The notes under the pieces were generated by a model. The model made no database searches, was not told the DNA's origin, and saw only the letters and a program-made list of their open reading frames with translations. 64,000 nucleotides of DNA from the human T2T-CHM13v2.0 reference genome, Homo sapiens. Position numbers and translations under genes: made by a program. Shown here piece by piece: positions 58,349-64,000 of the stretch (position 1 is its first letter; each line of letters starts with the position of its first letter). The stretch lies in NCBI RefSeq assembly GCF_009914755.1, contig NC_060933.1. One strand, written 5' to 3'.

Positions 58349-58970
58349 TTATACCCTGCTGGTGGGAATGTAAATTAGTTCAGCCACTGTGGAAAGCAGT
58401 TTGGAAATTCTCAAAAAGTGAAAAACAGAACTACCATTTGACCCAGCAATCCCATTATTGGGTACATAACCAAAATAATATAAATCCTTCTACCATAAAG
58501 ACACATGCATGCGTATGTTCATTGCGGCACTGTTAACAATAGCAAAGATATGGAAGCAACCTAAATGCCCATAAACAATAGACTGGATTAAGAAATTGTA
58601 GTACATACACACCATAGGATACTACACAGCCATAGAAAAGAATGAGATCAAGTCCTTTGCAGCAACTTGAATGGAGCTGGAGGCCATTATCCTAAGTGAA
58701 CTAACACACAAAGGAAAAACCAACACCACATGTTCTCACTTATAAGTGGAACCTAAACATTGAGTACACATGGACACAAAGAAGGCAACAATAGACATCG
58801 GGGCCTACTTGAGGGTGAGGGTGGGAGGAGGATGAGAACTGAAAAACTACCTATTGGGTACTATGTTTATTACCTGGGTGATGAAATAGTATGTACATGA
58901 AACCCCTGCAACACAAAATTTATCTACAGAACCAACCTGCACATGTATCCCTGAAACTAAAATTAAAGTT
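58349..58970 (+). mobile_element. L1PA15/16-like 3' end
   Basis: gctggtgggaatgtaaattagttcagccactgtggaaagc...aactacctattgggtactatg...aacctgcacatgtatccctgaa. Confidence 0.85.
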
Positions 58971-60855
58971 ATATATATATATAGTCATTATTTTACTCAT
59001 GATGTAGAACCATTTTTATTATGAGTATTACCTTCATAAATCTTGGTTTTTGTTTTATATTCAACTTAGCATTTTGTTTGTGGAGCTTTTGGCTAAGATA
59101 TAAAATATGAAATATATAATTATGAGATTTATTCAAAATGCTAATCATTGTTTTTCCTTGAAACATTCTTTGGATGTGGCACTTTAAAAAAGAAGGATGA
59201 ATGAGAATCAGAAGTTTTCAAAATAGAAAAATTAATTTCATGACTGTATATCTGATTATCATATACTTGAAGTTTCATGACTTCCATGATAAGGTAATGG
59301 GTATATTTCTCCATACAAAGTAGTTCAGCAAAAATTATCTTTAAGAAACTTTTTCTTTATATCCAATGATATAAATAGTATTTAATGATGAAGTGGGTAT
59401 CTAAACTCTAATTATTCAAGGGTAATGTTAGTCCTTCATATTGTTCAGCAACAGTGATATTGAGTAGATGTCTTAATAGATGAATTCAGGATTGCTGTGT
59501 TTTCACGACTTTTTAATTTGAATAATGTTTCAAAGATTATATAATAGGGAAAGATGATAAATATGGACAGGCTGTCTTCGGTACTCTTTCAGAATTTTTA
59601 CACTTTGTTTCAGGTTTAAATTACCTTCATCAGAATCCTGTTTCTACTGCATTTAAATATAATACACAATATTGGGCCCCAAATCTATTGAATCAAAATC
59701 CTGTCTGGAGTGGAGCCTAATCTGCATTTTACAAGTTAACGAAGTGATTATTATACATAATAAAGTTTTAGAAGCACTTCCTTACATTGTTTTTAAGAAT
59801 TGAATTCAAATAACAATACATATCAGTTTGACATTTAGTAAGACCATTTATAACTCATGACTTCCAATGGCAATTTGACATTTGTTTTTCTTAACCGTGT
59901 CTTAGTGCCAACATATAGTTGCTATTGGTACCATGTCTACTGTATAACCTATTTTTCAAATATAGGGCCACCAGCAAATTAATAGCCAAAACCATATATT
60001 GATGGCAGAGACTGGATATTTGGGTCTTAAGAAAGGCATGATTATCATCTTTCTTGTCCTTGCACATATGGCCCTAGGTCTAGGCAGAAATGCTTAGGAC
60101 CCACCATCTGAAGCAGCATATCATCAATGACTCCTTAACTACTACCACATTAGGTGCATTAGATCAATGCTTCCTCCTTTTTAAATACTTAAGACCTTCC
60201 ATAGCTGGGTGTTATTCTGCTGAAGTCTAATCTTCTTTCCCACTACTCTTTCACCCATATTGTGCTTACTCCTGCCTTTGCTCAAGTTTTCTTTTCACCC
60301 AAAATGCCTTCCCCTCTTTGTTCTCTCCTTCAGATTTAACTCTGGGCCTTTCTCTGTCATGAATCTGTCCTTTAACTCTGTAGTTAAGAGGATAGAGCTC
60401 AACTCTGCCATTTACTGGCTCTCTGACTTCAGGATCGTGACTGATTCCTTGTGCCTCAGTTTCCTTATCTGTAGAATGAGTTTAATAATGGAACATAAGC
60501 GAAGTGAGAATTTAAATAAGTTACAATAGCTAAAGATCAGAACAGTGGCTAATTGCTATCTCAATATCAACTATTATTATCAGTAGTAGTAATAGCAGTA
60601 GTAGTATGGCTCTGACTCGTCTCCTGAACATTTATTATATGTACATTAACACAGTTGTAAACTTGTATTTTTCTTTCTGTTTCAAGTAGATTAAAGCCAA
60701 CTTGAGGAAAGGAACGTTGTCATTTGTTGTCTTCAGGGTATTGTTACATAACAGGGCTCAGTAAATTCTTGAGGAATTGATTTACGTCTGCTTCAAGAAT
60801 AGTACTGGACTTATAGTCACTGCTCAAATGGAAAACTCTGTGAACAGTGAGAACT

Positions 60856-60894
60856 ATGTGCATTCCTTAATGAGCGTAGTTAAGGAATGCACAT
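60856..60894. repeat. Perfect 15-bp inverted repeat, 9-nt loop
   Basis: atgtgcattccttaa-tgagcgtag-ttaaggaatgcacat. Confidence 0.95.
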
Positions 60895-62939
60895 GGTACC
60901 TACATGGAACATTATGATCACCAGGACTCATTCTATGCAGAGCTTATTAGGGTATCATGTACACAAAAGTACTTAATAAATATTATTAGTAGTATTAATA
61001 GTAATAATGTTTGTTCTGGCCCTGTTGTGGAATCTATGTTCCCTTTAGTCTTTTCATTTATTCATAGGGCGCAACCAGATTATGGTAGAGGTGGAGTGGC
61101 CATCTGTTCTAGATCTAGTCTTGAATATGGAATTTGGCCCTGGGGTGAAATCAAGTACTTTGAGCATCTGGGCTGGATATATGTGGCAGAGCTGAGGCTT
61201 TGAATTCTCCTAATAACTGAATAAAACACACAAGGGAAATTTCTAGAAGTATTTGCTCAGTTTGACTCAGCCCTGATACAGGCTTGTTAATGTGCCTGTA
61301 TGTGAGAGTCATTTGCCAAGCTCCATCTTTTCAGTGGATTTTGTTAGCTATGAAATAAATACCAGCCAAAAAAACAGTATTTAGCTGGAAGCATAAATGG
61401 TTTCATTATCAATATGTACTTGCTTTGGTAAGATTTAGTAAGATGCTTTTGGTATATAAATTTCTTGCTTCTTTAGTGAATACATTTGTGGAGCATTAGA
61501 ATTTTAATTTTACACATACAATTGTTAATACCTTGGCACTGTTAATTAAGATTTATAAACAGGTCTATGATACAATTCAAGTTGAATTAACTCTTTTCAC
61601 CCTGTCATTATACTGAAAAAGGAAATGACAGCTGTGTTTAGAGAAAAGTTTCATAATAAAAATACATTTCCTTATTTGGAAAACTTTATGTAAATTATAT
61701 CTCAATAAAGCTGTTTAAAAACCTGTTTTTTAAAAATTCATTTTTTATCCCAAAAACCATGATGGGAAGAGTGACTCCAGAGTCTTTCAGCCACGAATTT
61801 TTGCCTTCCTCACAATGTAATCTTACTGAAAAAAGTCCAAGCAATCCATAATGATTCGATGAAACTAAAAATTACATGTATCGCAGACAAAGACTCAAAG
61901 AGTGGAAAACTAAATCTAATAAGGCAGAAGTGGGATCGTGTACTATATTTTCCACAAACATTATTGGTGGCTGGTTACAATAAATTATAGTAATTGAAAA
62001 GTAAAGTAAATTGATATGTATGTCTAAAAACCATTCATATTTTGACAATATCCTCAGATATTGGGATAATTCCTAGCTCATGATATCCCAAGAATTGCAA
62101 GAAGGCTGACATCAGTTTTTGGAAATTCAGTTAACATTTATTGAATGCTTACTTTGTGCCATACAGTGTTTTTACTTAACTTGATAATAAGTGTTAGCTA
62201 TGGATCATTATTCCACTGATATGTGTAGAGTGACACTTTTTAAAACTTACAGTGTTTTTAGCAAATGATAATTTACAGGGTTTTTCAAAACCCTTTGAGG
62301 GGGCTTTAGAGTTGCTCAGAGAGCAACTGAGCAGATTTTGAGCTGGTAATAGAAGGCAATTTTGTAACAGATAAGAGAGAAGTAAAGATAAAGGCCAGAT
62401 GGAAGTAGCACCCAGTGTTGAAAACAGGCTGATTTGTTTATTTTAAAAAAGAGGAAAGTAATGCTGAGACCCAACATGTAAATAGAAGGCAAGTGTGACC
62501 TTATAAAAATGAAAAGTTAGCTTTGATATATGGGTGGAAGGTAAAACATTTCAGTGAACCTAGCACAGTGAAGGCTCTACTATATCTGAAAGATACACTT
62601 TGGATGGGAAAATGATCATTCATGCATTATGAAGTATATTTCAACCAAACAACATAGTATTTTCTAATAATCAATGCATTGGAATTGAAGGCATATGGAA
62701 TATATCATGTAGTAACAACACTACTCATTATGTAGGCCACCTAGTATTGCTTATACTTCATTTAGGTACCTCTTTAATGATACTTACATGGTACATGAGG
62801 GTTGATCTTGGAATTCCTGTATTATTCATACCTACTTAGAAATTCTGTTGGGATGAGTAAGATGTAGGAATGAATATTCAAATAGATCTCAGAAGCCAAT
62901 TGGAACATATTAGAGTCACGCACCCCAATTATTTGTATC

Positions 62940-64000
62940 TCATTTTAGAATGCTAGTCATACAGCTTAGCACCCGGATTATCTTTCTCTCCAACACAATT
63001 CTGTTATGACTTATGGTGACTTCATATCCATGTAAGCCATCCAATCCCCTATTGGATATTCCCTTTCTATTCTTCAGCATCCTCACTTCCAATGATTATT
63101 CCCATCATCATACCCCTGATGTATGGTTCTCAACTTTGGATCACCACCTACCTTAGGGAGCATTTGGAAATGTATGTGGGTGCTTTGTGTTACACTGACT
63201 GGTAGATGCTACTAGCATTCAATACCCAGGAGCCAGGGTGGTTAAAAGTTCTGCATTGGGAAGAAAAATCTCATACAGTGAAAAATTGTCATTTTTCTCA
63301 AATGCCAAAAATGTTCCCACTAAGAAACACTACCCTTGGCCTTGTCATTACGCATAACTGAATTCCAAAATCTCCATTTCCAGCATTTTATTCTTTGACC
63401 ACTATTTCTTTTTGTGCTCATAGTGCAACAATTTTTGACCTGATCGTAACTCAAATTCACTGGCCTTACCACTTTTTCACTAATTACTACCACCCTCCTT
63501 CCCACTGTGCCCTTACTTCCCTCCTCATGCAGCATGGATTCTGTGTTGTATCATCGTCACTTTCTTGCATATATCCTCAACTTCCTCATATGTCCCTTTG
63601 TCATATTCATGTGGAAAAAACTCAAACCTACTTTATTTTGAATCTCTGCCTACTTCCCACCTGAACCCAAGGAAGTGAATGTGATTAAATAAAAACATAA
63701 CCATGCTGATTCATCTTTATTTAAACAGATAACCAAGAACTTCAGGTGGGCTCTCAGCACTATGTGATAATCCTAATTATATAGTTCCCAGTGCATTCAG
63801 GCTCCACATTTCCCAGTCATTCTGCTATCTTCTCAAACCTCCAGCATCCTCTGCTTAGCCACTCAATCTCAGCTGCGTCTTTCACTGAGAAAACAGAAGC
63901 AACCCAGAGATAATTTCCTCCTTTTTTTCATTACCTTTATTTTTCACATTCCTCCCAAATCTGTACCCACATACTGTCCCTTCCCTCCTATTGGGAATGA
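62940..64000. mobile_element. L2 fragment with nested hAT (MER20-like) MITE at ~63122-63330
   Basis: Pyrimidine-rich L2-like sequence (ggtgacttcatatccatgt, ttcactgagaaaacagaagc); inserted ggttctcaact...catttggaaatgt...aagaaacac. Confidence 0.6.

Noticed and set aside
57464-64000. Further CNTLN exons at the window end
   Set aside because: I found no coiled-coil-like frame with proper splice sites; the region looks intronic (L1, MIR, MER, L2).

Overview
Human (or very close hominid) genomic DNA, AT-rich and repeat-dense. It is an internal part of the centlein gene CNTLN on the + strand (9p22 from memory). Eight coding exons are visible: 1-70 (partial), 6387-6480, 6565-6788, 48099-48290, 53491-53588, 55069-55195, 56553-56690 and 57278-57463. 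They have GT/AG boundaries and consistent phases, and splice into one continuous coiled-coil reading frame (EDSQTQGKEIVQ...EKVEEFTTFVK). The 41.3-kb intron (6789-48098) holds a 968-bp solo HERV-K(HML-2) LTR5_Hs in sense orientation, an antisense processed SAMM50 pseudogene ~0.7 kb downstream of it, a 5'-inverted young L1 fragment, a 20-bp G-rich minisatellite and many Alu/L1/L2/MIR/MaLR/MER relics. Most ORF-track entries are spurious or repeat-derived. I see no prokaryote-type system and no novel protein-coding gene. The best leads are regulatory or splicing hypotheses: an LTR5_Hs-driven truncated centlein or antisense-SAMM50 transcript, a recursive-splice-like exon, a NAGNAG acceptor, a possible stop-free circRNA, and a strong CTCF motif just behind an exon. 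Repeat subfamily names come from recalled consensus sequences and need RepeatMasker/Dfam confirmation.
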